Shown: positions 28,272 to 42,089 of the stretch, piece after piece | How positions within the stretch are numbered: the first letter of the stretch is position 1 | Layout: every line of letters starts with the position of its first letter | NCBI GenBank assembly: GCA_951406725.2 | Contig: OX597817.1 | Location: 117,738,001-117,802,000, forward strand | Direction of reading: 5' to 3' | DNA length: 64,000 nucleotides | Source of the DNA: Octopus vulgaris | Taxonomy: Eukaryota | Notes under the pieces: model-generated | The model's database searches: none | What the model was told of the DNA's origin: nothing | Seen by the model: the letters and a program-made list of their open reading frames with translations, nothing else | Position numbers and translations under genes: made by a program

Positions 28272-28901
28272 CCTTAACCCTTTAGCATTTCTGGTCCAAG
28301 TATAGGTAATAACCGCTTTATACTCAAACGGGCCAGATCGGCCATCTTAACATTAATCTTTTCTACTTAAAGCACAAGGCCCGAAATTTCGTTGGGGGTG
28401 TGGGTCAGTCGATTAGGTCGACTCCAGTACGCAAATGGTAGTTAATTTATCGATCCCGAAAGGATGAAGGACAAAGTGGACCTCGACGGAATTTGAACTC
28501 AGAACGTAAAAACAGACGAAATACCTCTTTCTTTACTACCCACAAAGGGCTAAACACAGAGGGGACAAACAAGGACAGACACACGGATTAAGTCGATTAT
28601 ATTGACTCCAGTGCGTAACTGGTAATTATTTAATCGACCCCGAAAGGATGAAAGGCAAAGTCGACCTCGGCGGAATTTGAACTCAGAACGTCGCGACAGA
28701 CGAAATACCGCTATGAATTTTGCCTGATGTGCTAACGTTTCTGCCAGCTCACTGCCTTGACCTTGTAATATTAATGAGTATACAATATAATTCTAAAAGT
28801 ACACGCATGCTATCGAAATGCCAAAGCTATGACATAATACATGATTAATTTAAAACAACGTGAATGCATTTGGCAGATTAATTTGAACACAAAATTATTA
28901 A
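28272..28901. mobile_element. piggyBac-like MITE split by SINEs
   Basis: TTAA|CCCTTTAGC left end; decayed right end finishing TTAA. Confidence 0.45.
28358..28758 (-). mobile_element. Tandem pair of tRNA-derived SINEs
   Basis: Two copies of atcgaccccgaaaggatgaaaggcaaagtcgacctcggcggaatttgaactcagaacg; B box GAGTTCAAATTCC on minus. Confidence 0.85.
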
Positions 28902-29708
28902 ACATAAATGAAAACTCTACGTCATGGAGGCGAATAAAAAAAGGCAGCAAAGTAAAAGATGAAAGCAAAGATTTAAACATAAATGAAGGCTATATATCTG
29001 GAAGTAAATGAGTATTTGAAAATCGTTGTCTTTTAGTAATTGATTATTCTGATAATCGATTTGAGGACATTCAACGTGTATACTTAAAATGGAATTTATT
29101 GCTATAGGGATACATGTGAAATATGATCATTTATTAACTTTGTTATTAAATCTTTGGTGTACAAATATATGCATATTATTCCCTGAATAAAATTCTGTAC
29201 GTAGTAAAATGTTCATTCGATATTTCGTTGAAAACTTCAACTCAATCAAATAAAATTGATCACTTACCATATGCTAATATTTATTATATGTTATCATTAT
29301 AGTAATTACTTTTGGTCAATGAGGTATTCTTTTTTTTTTTTCACAAAATCACCAACATCAAGAGACAGAGAAGTCGGAAATTTTAAATGACTTTTACTTG
29401 GATATATTGTATACTGGATATATTGTATATTACACATTACACGCTATATATGCGCGATGCCTTGCGTTTGTGTGCAAGAAAAATAAACTAGGTACTTAAA
29501 TTATTTAATTACGTCATATCTTCCACTTTCCAAATGGAAATGATGGCCGAATTATGCAAGTCACACAATTTTAAGTTCTCTATTCATCAGATTTTTGTAT
29601 ATTAATTAATTAATATATATATATATATATATATATACTGCAAATTTAGGGTGAATACTTGATAAGTGTAAGCACCTGTATACGCCAGATAGTGGCAGAG
29701 GTGAGAGA

Positions 29709-30083
29709 ATATATCAAATGAAATCAAAAACAGAACACAAAGGACGTCGTGGTACACGTGTTTCAAGCTGTATAAACGACCTGTTCTTACATCAGTGTAT
29801 AATAGATATAAAATATGGTTTAAAGCTCTCTTCAGCCGCATACATTGTTATTTCAAAGAGTTACATCACACTATAAAAAATATGAAAAGTACATGTAGTA
29901 TTACCCATTATAATAGGTATATCATATTTCCCTGAGAAAGTGTATTTGTAAAATTTCGTAACTGTATAAGCGTGTAAGGGATCAGTGGATTTCGAAAATC
30001 TGTCCTTACTGTATCACCAGTCAACATAGAGTCTTGAAACACGTGTACCGCGACATCCTTTGTGTTCTGTTTTTGATTTCATT

Positions 30084-30090
<7 letters not shown>
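29709..30090. mobile_element. Inverted-end mini-element between (TA)n with an HHR-like half site
   Basis: 58-bp arms 29709-29767 and 30033-30090, each with CTT GAAAC ACGT GTA; CTGATGT AAG upstream on minus. Confidence 0.7.
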
Positions 30091-30120
<30 letters not shown>

Positions 30121-30123
<3 letters not shown>

Positions 30124-30358
30124 TAAAGCAGCAGATTCAACAAGCAGCAAATTCAACAAAACCTGTTGCTCTGAGTTTCACGTTCCCGTTCGTCGGATAG
30201 TTTTTGCTAGCAAAAACTGTCCGACGAATGGGAACGGGAAACTCAGAGTAACATGTTTTGTTGAATTTTCTGCTGCTTTAAATAAAGCATATTACTCTAC
30301 CACTGGTATTTGAGTACTCTTTTTTCCACCTTGTTTCACATTTATGTGTTTACTCCGG

Positions 30359-30360
<2 letters not shown>
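30121..30360. mobile_element. Spacerless palindrome with a hammerhead-like motif in each arm
   Basis: Centre GCTAGC at 30206-30211; arm consensus CTGT CCGACGA ACG GGAA CGT GAAACTCAGAGTA ACAG. Confidence 0.8.
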
Positions 30361-30447
<87 letters not shown>

Positions 30448-31358
30448 TAGAGAGGCTAGTACATGTGAGTACTACGTGCATATGACTGGTGGCTCTAAAA
30501 GGGAAAAACTCTATTAACGTACCTGTTATATTTATTGTACAGAAAGTATTAACTGGATGTACTGTGTGCATCTAAGCGATTTCTCTAACTTGAATTTTCC
30601 ATCTCATAGATCGAGAATTCTTATATATTATGCTCAAAGAAAAGATAAATCTGGTGGTTTGGGCCTGCATGCCGTGGGCATGCATTCGCTGACGGTAAGT
30701 TAACAGTAACAAATCCTACAATTGCTCATTCTCATGATATCCAGTAACTGCATTTAACACCAACGCTTTAAAAGAACATCTTTAGGAATGAAGGAAGCCT
30801 CTAATGAGGATCTATAGTATCTAAGCTAAACCAAACTTAGCAGCAGCCTGTCTGAACTGAAGTATGAATTAACAAAACATGTCTTTGACATAGTTCTTTG
30901 AATGTAGCGTTTGCAGGAAATAGATCTGAGAATGCCCATACTTAATTCATTGTCTAAAATATATTTAGCGCAAAAATAGTAACATCTTGTTGAAACGCTT
31001 GGAATGTAGAAATATATGAAATCGCAACCACTTTTCTTCGACCCACTATATTATAGTCTATGACTCATATATTATCCCCTGGTACTTCATGTCGTATAGA
31101 AGAGTTCCTCTTATGAAAACTATCTATCTCTATAGACATTGTTAGCTAGCGTTTAGAGAACTCCTGGTGAAGGAAACCGCAAATATATATATTCCATTTA
31201 ATCTTTCCCTATCTCGCTCTCACACTCACTCACACACACATACACACACGCAAACACACAAATGCAAACCAACACTCACACATACAAACGTAAATACACA
31301 CACACATATATATATGTATATAATATAGATAGATAGATACGCATGTATATACACATAT

Positions 31359-31401
<43 letters not shown>

Positions 31402-32154
31402 TATGTATCTATGTATGTATATAGACACATTTATGTATGACTATCCTGAAGTACATATACATACATACAAACTTACATACATTTGTACGAATGTAGGAGT
31501 ACTAGTTTGTCACTTGATAGGGTGAAAGTAAAAGTACGAGTGCGTGATTTTTTTGATATGAAATAAATACGAATATTTTAATCCTTCAGTTAAATCTATA
31601 TTATACATTAACGTCTCCTTTATTTGATATATGCCTGTATAAATGTATGTGTTTGAATATATCTATATATCTACCCCCGTTGAGAAACAAAGTATAGAAA
31701 CTAATTGCATTACAAGTGTTAACTACATTTGATTGCGTTTGTATATCCGCATGTAGGTCTCTATGCTTTTATGTGTGAGTAAGGAACTGAAAGTAACATT
31801 TACCATCTAGGTAGAAATACATCTGTATCATATACGGTATGTCTGAAAGTAAACATTGAATATAAGAATCTGGAACATAGGTATATCACATGAACAAATT
31901 TTCAAGCTCCAGAATTGGTCATTAGAGAGAAGCATTAAAGTTCTGATAAAGAAATCATTATACTGACTATCATATTAGAAACAAAAGTGACAAGTATAAA
32001 TCTGAAGTCATATGACATCTCTATCTGCGTTGTTCACATCTATATGAAGAATTCAAGAGGCAGCATAAAATGAGAATAAATGTTAGTGTCTAAAAACATG
32101 TAACATTCAAGGTAAAATTTAATTCATTATGAAGTTATTATTGTTGTGCTACTA

Positions 32155-33285
32155 TACAATATTGGACTGGAAAGTTGATAGGTTGTCTATGAAATAGGGA
32201 TGCTAGTGCTTTGAAATCTTGCTGCTATTAAATTCCAACTCCTGTCCTCAATAATGCCATTGTTTTATTGCTAGTAAACTGATATGTGTCTCTTCAAAGA
32301 ACTCTTCAAATTTAACTGGTATATACTTCTCTTGAAAATCGACAAAATTTAGCATCAGTGTCATCAAGTACCTGCAAGAAGAGGTCGTAGCTCGCAAGGA
32401 CATTAATCCTCACATGTTTGCTATATTGGGGGGTGACGCTCTAGTTTTACCAACGGTGCAAAAGTATGCAGGGGAATTTAGGGGTGGGGAAGGGGGAGTC
32501 TTGAAAATGACTCAAAAGCTGGACGTCCTACCGCTGCCACCAGTGAGAGAACCATTCATCATGTTCACCACAAGTGATGGGTCATTAGAAAGTGACTATA
32601 AATAAAACAGTCAATGCTACTAGCAAAACCCGTTTATTGAGCTGAGAATATTCTACACTATGAATAAGGTATAACGAAGGTTGCTGCTCAGTGGCTGCCC
32701 ATGTCTTTTGACTCTTGATTAAAAGCGCACAGGAATGATCCATCACGTGAAAATCTAACACGGTTTGAAGCAGATCCAGCTGCTTTCCTTGAACGGTTGC
32801 TAAGCCAGGATAAGTATTAGGTTCATTACCTTGAGCTAGTGACAAAGAGATTTGCTATGCAGTAGAAACACCTCTTCAAAAATGCCACATCATCAATGGA
32901 GAGTACTATGCTAACTTGCTACCAAAGGCTATCAAGACAAAACGCCACGGTAAACTGACGAAAAGGACCTTGTTTCATCAGGACAACACTCCTGCACGGA
33001 AGGTTTGGTTTCGATGGCCGCTGCGTGCAACTATTGCTTTGACCTGATTGATCATCCTCCCTGTTCTCCCGATTTACCCCCACTCTAAATATCATCGGTT
33101 ACCCATGAAAAACTTTGGGCTTGGAACCAGTATCGCACTGACCAAACAGGTTGAAAGCGCCTTTAACAATGGGATCCAAGTAATGCAACAAGGATAAGAA
33201 AAAGTATGTGAGAACGGCAAATGATATTATGTTGAAAATTAAACCGCATTTGTTGAGATTCCATGCGTGTATCTTTGTCAGCCTT
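32155..33285 (+). mobile_element. Degenerate mariner transposon
   Basis: IKYLQ..GGDALVLPTVQKYAGEFRGG, INGEYYANLL, RHGKLTKRTLFHQDNTPAR, DHPPCSPDLP. Confidence 0.85.
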
Positions 33286-33299
33286 AGGCATTAGGCGAA

Positions 33300-33469
33300 G
33301 CGAATAGCAAATTACATAAACCTCGATTCTCAACTGGTTCTTATTTTATCAACCCCACGAGGATATTAGTCAAAGGCGATTTCATCTGAATTTGAACTCA
33401 GGTTATAAAACCGGAAGAATAACGCTAAGTATTTTGACCGATATGCGAACGCTTCTGCCAGATAACCGC
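33300..33469 (-). mobile_element. Degenerate SINE
   Basis: Similar to 28358-28758 and 45371-45582. Confidence 0.65.
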
Positions 33470-34518
33470 TGTAGCGTAATGTATATATGAACACTTTTGT
33501 TTTAGAAAAGTATAGAAGTTTATGTGGTTGTACTATATAACTTCACATTCTACCGACATAAATATATATTGAAGACATTGTGAAGAAGATTGAACACATC
33601 CACCTCGAACATCTTCGGATTTGATATATATATAAAGATATACCATAATATTAAATAAGAGTCGATGAGTAAATTATGCGAAACATGTACGCAAATGGCT
33701 GCAATAAGCTTGCATCCCGGAAAAGTTATCAATGAACAAATACCAAAACTAAGCTTTGTATATAGAAGCAAAATATATTGTTTTCTTTTTCTCGTATACA
33801 TACGTATTTCCGTGAATTCAATATTTGAACATTAGCTGCACTGATATGAAATGCAATTATTGTAGGCACAACAATAGGTATGTTGATACGTAAATGAGAC
33901 AACACACTTATCTATCTTGCTATGAAAATCGGTGGGTAGGACTTGTCATTGATTCTGTGCTGAATCCTTCTCCTTCTCACTTCTTTTCATTCTTTGCGCT
34001 AGCCTGGTTTTCTTTTACATTCTCCAGTACAGAGGAATATTTTCGCATAAATATTTATGTACCCGAAGAAAAAGCACAACTTAGGACTACAAGACATTCT
34101 CAATGCTAACTATGATACAATGTCTGTGATTTAGAAACATCCGTAGTACACGATAAACTCTTTCATTCCTTTTCTTTACAGATTTGATTATCTCCCTATA
34201 AACATTGCTTTCGAAATGGAGTAGTATAAGAGGTATCACCTTATCGGAATTATCTGTCTTTTCTGGATATTAGAGGAACTATATTTGAAAGATTTATTTG
34301 AAGGATTTATTATTATATTTTATATATCAGTTATTGATTTACCTGATTTTCCATACAAGTTGCGTTTTATGAAGAGCGCAGAGTTACATAATCAAACTGT
34401 CACCTAACACTGCGTTGAACACCTAATGCGAAATCGATTCCAATGATAGGACGTAATAGATATATAATACTGTACATTTCTATTAATATATATTAATTGC
34501 TATTAATATATATATATA

Positions 34519-35376
34519 CGTGGTCTGATCAAAAGGTAATCGGATTGTTGTCATAGTTTCGAAGCTTAAACATGCAGAATGAGGCCACTTGGCACGCATT
34601 GGTCTTATGCTCTGTTGTGCATGAGCACAAATGTTCACCGTTCTACCTCACTTCCGCTGTTTACAGCAGTACTTGGAAGGAATGCGTGTAGCGCGTGATT
34701 TTCGCATTGACAATGACAGAGAAAATTGAGCAGAGAATCTGCATTAACTTTTGCCAAAAGCTTCGCGATGCCTGCCAAAAAGCCTACACAATCAAGGAGA
34801 TCTTGTGCAACTGAAACCCAAGTGTCTTTTTCGTCAATTCAAAGCAGTTTTGGCACAAACTTGGCAGACACTCGTCTCATGCCCAAATCTTCACTGATAA
34901 TGGACTGAATTGAAACCTCACTAATCTACACATCTTCTGATAACGCACAGATGGTAATTCGACGATTTCCCCGCACAACTGCACGCACATTTGCAATGTC
35001 TTTCTCAGTTGTGCTGGTCGCGGGTCTCCTAGAAGGTTCGTCAACATCTACATGTTTTCAGCCATTTTGGAAACGTCTGCACTACTTCTACACTTGTGTG
35101 TGGCTCATATACTCCTCTCCATACACTTTCTCCAACTTTGTGCGGGCCTTTCAGCAGGTATCACAATGGCAATTTTCCTTGTCATGGTCAATGCGATGAT
35201 CAGACGCTCCACGTGCTCTTTCCAAGCACTGCTGTAAACAGCAGAAGTGATCTACAACATTAAAATTTAGTGCGCATGCACAATAGAGGCCAAGGCCAAT
35301 CTGTGGCAAGTGGCTTCACTCGGCGTAGTTCACCTTCGTTACTATGGTAAAAAATCCAGATACTTAAAGATCAGAC

Positions 35377-35380
<4 letters not shown>
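34519..35380 (-). mobile_element. Second copy of the inverted-end mariner derivative
   Basis: TA-flanked; ends ggtctgatcaaaagg and cttaaagatcagac; homologous to 14646-15506 in the opposite orientation. Confidence 0.8.
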
Positions 35381-35426
<46 letters not shown>

Positions 35427-35477
35427 TACACACATACATACATACATGCATACATACATACACGCCCTCTTCCAAAA

Positions 35478-35513
<36 letters not shown>

Positions 35514-36386
35514 ATATACACACACATCATTATTAGCAATCGGGAGGGTATCAGCTGTCTTTCGTAACGGATGTATTATGTAGTCAAAAAGTGAGTTTTA
35601 TACATGTCTAATTCCAAAAAGAGGATATGTATATATTTATTAAGATATGCTGGAAACGTTTATGCTTGTTTCGGGAAATTTTATATCGTAAACCTCTTCA
35701 TTTTTTCTTTGCCTAAGGTGTAAACCATTTATATAGAGAACCCATTTTTTTAGATTACCAAGATATTTTAGGCAAACCTATTTTGTTAGATTATCAAGAT
35801 ATTTCAGGCAATGTGCGAAACAATCATAATATCCTCGCCTAGGGGAACGTTGGGAAAATTAATCTTTGCATTAGGAGATGTCAATGCAGTAAAAACCGTG
35901 TAAACGCTCGGAATATTTTGATCGCCTCAAAGACAACCGTATCTATCAGATGAGCGCCATAGAAATGTTGATAAAAGAGATTTCTGCAATATAAATTTTA
36001 TTGTAGTTGGAAGGCATCGCAAAAATATACACTAATCACACTTAGAACAGTCTCAGCCTTAGTAGCACGAGAATGATTACTTTATTACATGTCTATCTAT
36101 CTATCGATTTATCTATCTTTCTGTCTGTATGTCTGCCTATCTGTCTATCTATAAATAGGCATACACATTTATACATATACACACGCATAAACAAATATTA
36201 CATACACACACTCACACATACGCATATATATATGTAGATGCATACATGCATATGAGTGCATTCATACATACATACAACATGCATACGCATATTATTTAGC
36301 CACACGCTTACATTTACCTTAATAACTATAATTATATTAATTCTTACACTCTGTTAAGAAGTATAATATATATGTATATATGTACC

Positions 36387-36425
<39 letters not shown>

Positions 36426-37125
36426 GTGTGTATGCACTGATCAAATGTTAATTGTAGACATGAAGCAATATTTTAGTGGCAATACATTATAAAAATGCAG
36501 AAAACATGGATTTTTTAACGTTTCTGGAAAATCGGGCAACTAAGAAAACTGGATTGGATTTTACTCAATACTTAATGTCTTCTCTTGTGTAATTTGTAAC
36601 GTTCTTATAGCAGGGTATTTTCGCAATTAGCAATTATCCTGTAGGACGAACAACACAACATTTCACAGGGTGAAGTTAACTTTCGTCCAAAACCTGGGAT
36701 TGAGTGATGCCTGCCCTTTTTTGAGCAGATGCATACGCTGTTTACAGAATGGGATCGGCACTCTGCAAGGTCTTTTTTTCATTCTACCAGCTATGGACAA
36801 TTCTTACATTTTATCATCTCTATTATGTATCTTCTAATATATCCGGCGTAGTTGGAAAAGCACAAACAAATCCATGAGGAAATGAACGCATGTGTCGAGT
36901 GTGTTTGGTAAGTCTCTGCTAAACAAGACATTCCTATCATTGACACATCTGTACAAAAGCTCATGGCAGAGGAATTTCGTCTCCTTTGATTCATGAGTAT
37001 ATTTTTATGCAACAAACTTACTATATTGGAGACTAAGAACGCAGTATTCGGTGTCCTAACAAGGTATCCATGTGAAGTTGAATGTAAATATTACGTTTTT
37101 GTAATAATTCTGCGTCCGTCGCTAC

Positions 37126-37195
<70 letters not shown>

Positions 37196-38357
37196 CATAC
37201 ATATATATGTATACATATACATACATGTGTGTGTGTATGTGTATGAATATATACAGTATCCACAAACATACCACAATCCACAATCATTCTCAATAGTTTA
37301 CTCTTGCGTCTCGGATATTCGCTTCATTTTCTATGGAATATTCAAGTGAAGTGCTCTGGTGTCTATGAATATAATTTTCAGTCTCTACTTCTTTTTTGAA
37401 GTGGTTTTCTAACTATAATTGCATTTATTTACATGGCTGTGTATTCGTATATGTATGTGTGAAAGAGAGAGAGAGAGAGAGAGAGGGAGCGAGAGAGTGT
37501 GTTTGTGTATGTGTGTGCGTTTGTGTATGTCTGTATGTTTGTTTGTGTGTGTGTGCATGCATGTTTATGTCTGAGTGTGTGCGTATGTGTATATGCATGT
37601 GTGTGTGTGTATGTGTGTGCATACGTCTCGTACAGTAGTTGAATTAGCATCTGCATACGTTCGTATTTATATGTTTATTTGCACGTGTTTCATGTATGTC
37701 GAAAATGCACCTGCAGACAATTCAGAGTAAATGGAAAATGGAAAAGAAAAAAACCTTTTAAAAGAAAGACAAATGTGATAATATATAAAGATACTAATTA
37801 ATGAAATCAACGAAGAAATAGATAAGGAAAACTCTCTACATATATTGAATGTTTATCAATACTTCTTTATCTCCGCTTCTTACTATGATGGATGAATACA
37901 CATTATTGAATGTTCCATTTATCTCAGCATCACTTTTAAACAACGTGCATATTCTTTTCTGATGTTTTGAAATTTTTCACAAAACATAACGTGGAATATA
38001 AATATAATAAAAATACATTTCTCAAATTTTCTTTTGCTTCATATTAAAACTTAATGATAATTTCTTGCTGTTATAGTTTGTTTACTTTTTAGTGTGTAAA
38101 TTGCAGTTATTGTAGCTCAAAAACTATCGTGTATTAAAATTATTTTTATTTATTCATATACACATTGTTTGTCAGTGTTTGGATTTTTGAATTGATAATA
38201 GACATAATATATGTGTATATGTTTTTGATGTGTATACTTAATGTCTCTTTTGAAGTGTGCGGGTGAGTGTGCGTCTACAAGGGTGCCTAGGTGTGGAAAA
38301 AATTACACACACGCACACACTCACACAAACAGATACACGCACGCACACAAACACACA

Positions 38358-38453
<96 letters not shown>

Positions 38454-39189
38454 CATATATTCGTAATAATGAACAGATTGAATATTCAACAAAATATCCC
38501 GTAGTAACTTCTACTTAATCATTACTTACGATTGACACTTAAGGAGAATTCTAAAGAGAAAAGAATTTCTAAAGCCGCAGATAACGAGCTTTTCTTAATA
38601 AAATCATATTACCCATATTACATTCTGTCTGTTTGTCTCATTTTCTGTGTGTGTGTGTGTGTCTGTCTGTCTTTCTCTCTCTTTCTCTCCGGTGTATGAA
38701 ACTGGTCTTTGAGAAAACACGATATTAAAACAGGATGATGGGAAGCTGGAACAACAGAATAAATCTGCATAAAAAAGGAAAAAGAAAGAAAAGAAATAAT
38801 TAAGAGTTCCGTACCCTTTGCCCGTAAAGCCATAGTAATCAATCTAGCTAATGCAGAATAATTCTACTAGTCAGAGACCAAAGACTAGAAGACAGCTGCT
38901 CGAATTGCTATAAATTTTAACCTGGAATTAAGTATTGCAGTGATATTATTGGATCTAAATAAAAAGCGCGCGATCAAACCTTGCATCACATTGACTAATT
39001 TACATATGGCGTATCTTTCTCCACGATGTTCCAGTTGATTGTGTATGGTGTGTAGTTGTTCTTCCGATTAAATATACGGCAAGCCAACTTTTTTAGCTTT
39101 ACTTTTGTCCATGTGTCAGAAAGAAAATTGGTTATTTGCCTGTAACATATATCTTATTCAAAAATTTCCTCTGAAAAAACTGACGTAAT

Positions 39190-39760
39190 TTTTCTTTTCG
39201 ATTACGCCATTTTAGAGTGCTAGGACACTCTATAAGGAAATTCGTCTTAATGATAACCCCGAGGACAAAGAAATAAGAATCCGCAGTATGGCTGAATCTA
39301 TTGCCACTCAATAAAAAAAGGAATACTGGTCGAATATTCCAGTGAAAACCTTAATAAAATGTAAGCACAAGAGTTCTGATATAATGATTTGGGATAGAGA
39401 AGGAAAACTGTGTACAGTTGTGGAAATTAGCTGCCCGGCGTATGTTGAGAATACCTATGCTGAACTATTGAGAAATCTGCAGGTACTCTATCCATATTAC
39501 TAGTTCAGGTTTATACTTGCAATTGTTTTAGTACTGGAATATGTAACACACTATATAAATACCAGTCTTGAGAAATTAGGCTTCTCAAATCCAGAAAAGA
39601 GAAAGCTTTCGAAGAATACAGATGCAATCGATCACTGGAACTGTGAAGATTTGTAAAGCTTTCCAGAATTTTATCATTGAAATACATATGAGCATGTCTA
39701 GATATGTAACTATATTCAAGAGAATATGTACATAAAATAAAACATAAACATCAGCACATA
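39190..39760 (+). mobile_element. R4/Dong-clade REL endonuclease 3' fragment
   Basis: KEYWSNIPVKTLIKCKHKSSDIMIWDREGKLCTVVEISCP..YAELLRNLQVLYP..LEKLGFS..QMQSITGTVKICKAF. Confidence 0.8.
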
Positions 39761-40189
39761 TACAGACATACAAATTGGTGATAATCATTTACAGCAGTGT
39801 GAGGAACCCATATACTGACTGAATAACGCCTGTCCTATATACTGTCGTTACTACTGCAAAACCGTACAGTAATGACATTCAAGAAGTAAACATAACCGAA
39901 ACAACAAAGAAAGTACCGTCATGGGCTTAGAAGACAGAGTAAACGATAACCGGTTTACGGAAGACCCTCAGTCACGTAATAATGCTCACTGTGTGCAATC
40001 AAACAATCAGTATACGTCCCACCAACAGAGATTAAAGGAGATTAAAGCAGTATCTAAAAGCTGTCAGTGAAAAGCTCCGACATCAGAAGATAATATCCGA
40101 GAGAAAAAACATTAAACAAAACAAAATAAATAAATAAATTAGCGGAACCAGGCAGAGACCTGAGAGGAATAATAGTGAAAATCACAGAA

Positions 40190-41395
40190 GCTACTTCAGG
40201 AGAAGACATAGACTCCTTCTGGAAGAAAATCTGGAGTGAAGAGGAGTTTAACCAAGATGTGACTGGAAGAAATCCAAAGAGGTTATTGCTCCTCCGTTAC
40301 ACACAAGACATACAACTTTGATGCTGAAACGCGTGCAACTATAATTCAGAAACTCAACGATGGAAAAGCACCTAGAAGAGATTTGATTGTCGGATATTGG
40401 TACAAGAATCTAACCTTCAACCGACCATATCTTATCAATCTCTATTAGCAAGCTCCCATTGGGAAAAGCATTTCACAGTGGCAAGCTCTGGCAGAGAGAA
40501 AATTAATCCCCAAATGAAGAACCACCGACATGGCAAAAAACTACCGACCAGAAATTAATGTATAACATATATACAACATGTTTAAACCTCTTCCTCCGGG
40601 ACATTGTGAAACGAATAGCATCATTACAGCAGAACAAGTAGCTGGGAAATAGGGAGTCTGGGGATGTGCCAAGCAATTATTAATCAACAAAAGTGTGATG
40701 TCAATTGTGCATGAGCTTAGGAGGTACCTAGCTTCAATCTGGCTAGACTACAAGAAAGGTTTGACTCGGTTCCCTAGTCATGGATGCCAAAAGCCCTTCA
40801 ATTTGCTAAAGTTCCAGTGAGCATAGTCAAAGCTATAGCTGACATGACTTCATCGTGGGAAACCACCTTGAAATTAGACACAAAGAGTGACTGTATTATC
40901 CCTGATAGAATACAATATCGCAAAGGCATATTCCAAGGGGACAGCCTCCCTGTCCCCTCTCTTTTTCCTTACTCTAAACCCCTTGTAATTCATTTTAAGG
41001 AAGTCTGAAAGATATCTCACTGATTCCCAAGGAAACAGAAATACGGAGATTACCCGTATTGTGGATGACATAAAACGTTATGCAAAGAATATGCATAAGA
41101 TGAAAGAAGCCTTGGCCTAGTTACAACATTCTCAAGTGGAAATAGGATTGGTCAGGATAAATGTTATATGGTTGTGAAAATAGGGAAAAACTATATACCA
41201 GACTAATGGCATCTCAATCAATAATTTGACCGTTTCTCCTGCATCGGAAGAGGAATGTTAAGGTAACTAAGTGTGGATGAAAACATATCTCATAATGGCA
41301 CCTATAGCAAAACAAGTGTTACTAAGGAATATTACAGCCGAATAAAGAGAATTTAGTCCTCAGAACTCTCTGCGTTCAATGAAACAGTGCCAACA
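40190..41395 (+). mobile_element. R4/Dong-clade reverse transcriptase pseudogene
   Basis: FWKKIWS, KAPRRDLIVGYWYK, KNYRP, EQVAGK*GVWGCAKQLLINK, WLDYKK/FDSVP, KGIFQGDSL, VDDIKRYAK; many stops and frameshifts. Confidence 0.9.
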
Positions 41396-41721
41396 CACAA
41401 TCACCGCATATACACACACACATAAACACACATGGCAAAAACAGACGTTTCACCTTTAGTTTTTCACAGCTGTTTTGTCTATAATGTGTTGATTGCCGTT
41501 GTGACTTCTAATAACTCTATCTGAGCATTAAAATGATGTTGGAATACTAAGGACCTCGTTATGGTATCAGGCTTTGTCTTTAAACATTAATTGTTAATGT
41601 CGAGACTAATACAAATTTGCTTTTTAATATTCTGTTAATTATGAGGCTAATATGATTAGAAATTCTCACCTTTGGATATTAGTGTTACTGTGAGATGTAA
41701 ATGTTTGAATTTCTAACTAAT

Positions 41722-41722
41722 A

Positions 41723-41817
<95 letters not shown>
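41722..41817. repeat. (TAC)n microsatellite
   Basis: Direct reading. Confidence 0.95.
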
Positions 41818-42089
41818 CACAAAGTGACATTATATGAATGTACAACGTCCTGCTAAACTCGAACGCGTGAAAAAATTTCGATGCACAAATGGCTGGTGAG
41901 ATGCATGTATCCGGTTTTGAACGTCATGTGACACGGAGAATGAATCCTTCATTCATAGCCCCATTAAAACAAATGTTGTCATATGGAACGCTAGCAAACA
42001 GTAAGGTCGACGGTATACGTAAAATTTTGTGAAACTGAAATTATTCAGAGTTCCCCGAAGCAACATTAAAAATATATATATAAACGTAG

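Noticed and set aside
28680-28758. tRNA-like A and B boxes here and in other SINE heads
   Set aside because: SINE heads attached to SINE bodies; no cloverleaf
35660-35702. Minus-strand TGAAGA GG..CCC GAAAC trace
   Set aside because: C3 and stem I are missing
36560-37090. GC-richer island, possible transposase relic
   Set aside because: Many stops in the frames I read and no diagnostic motif
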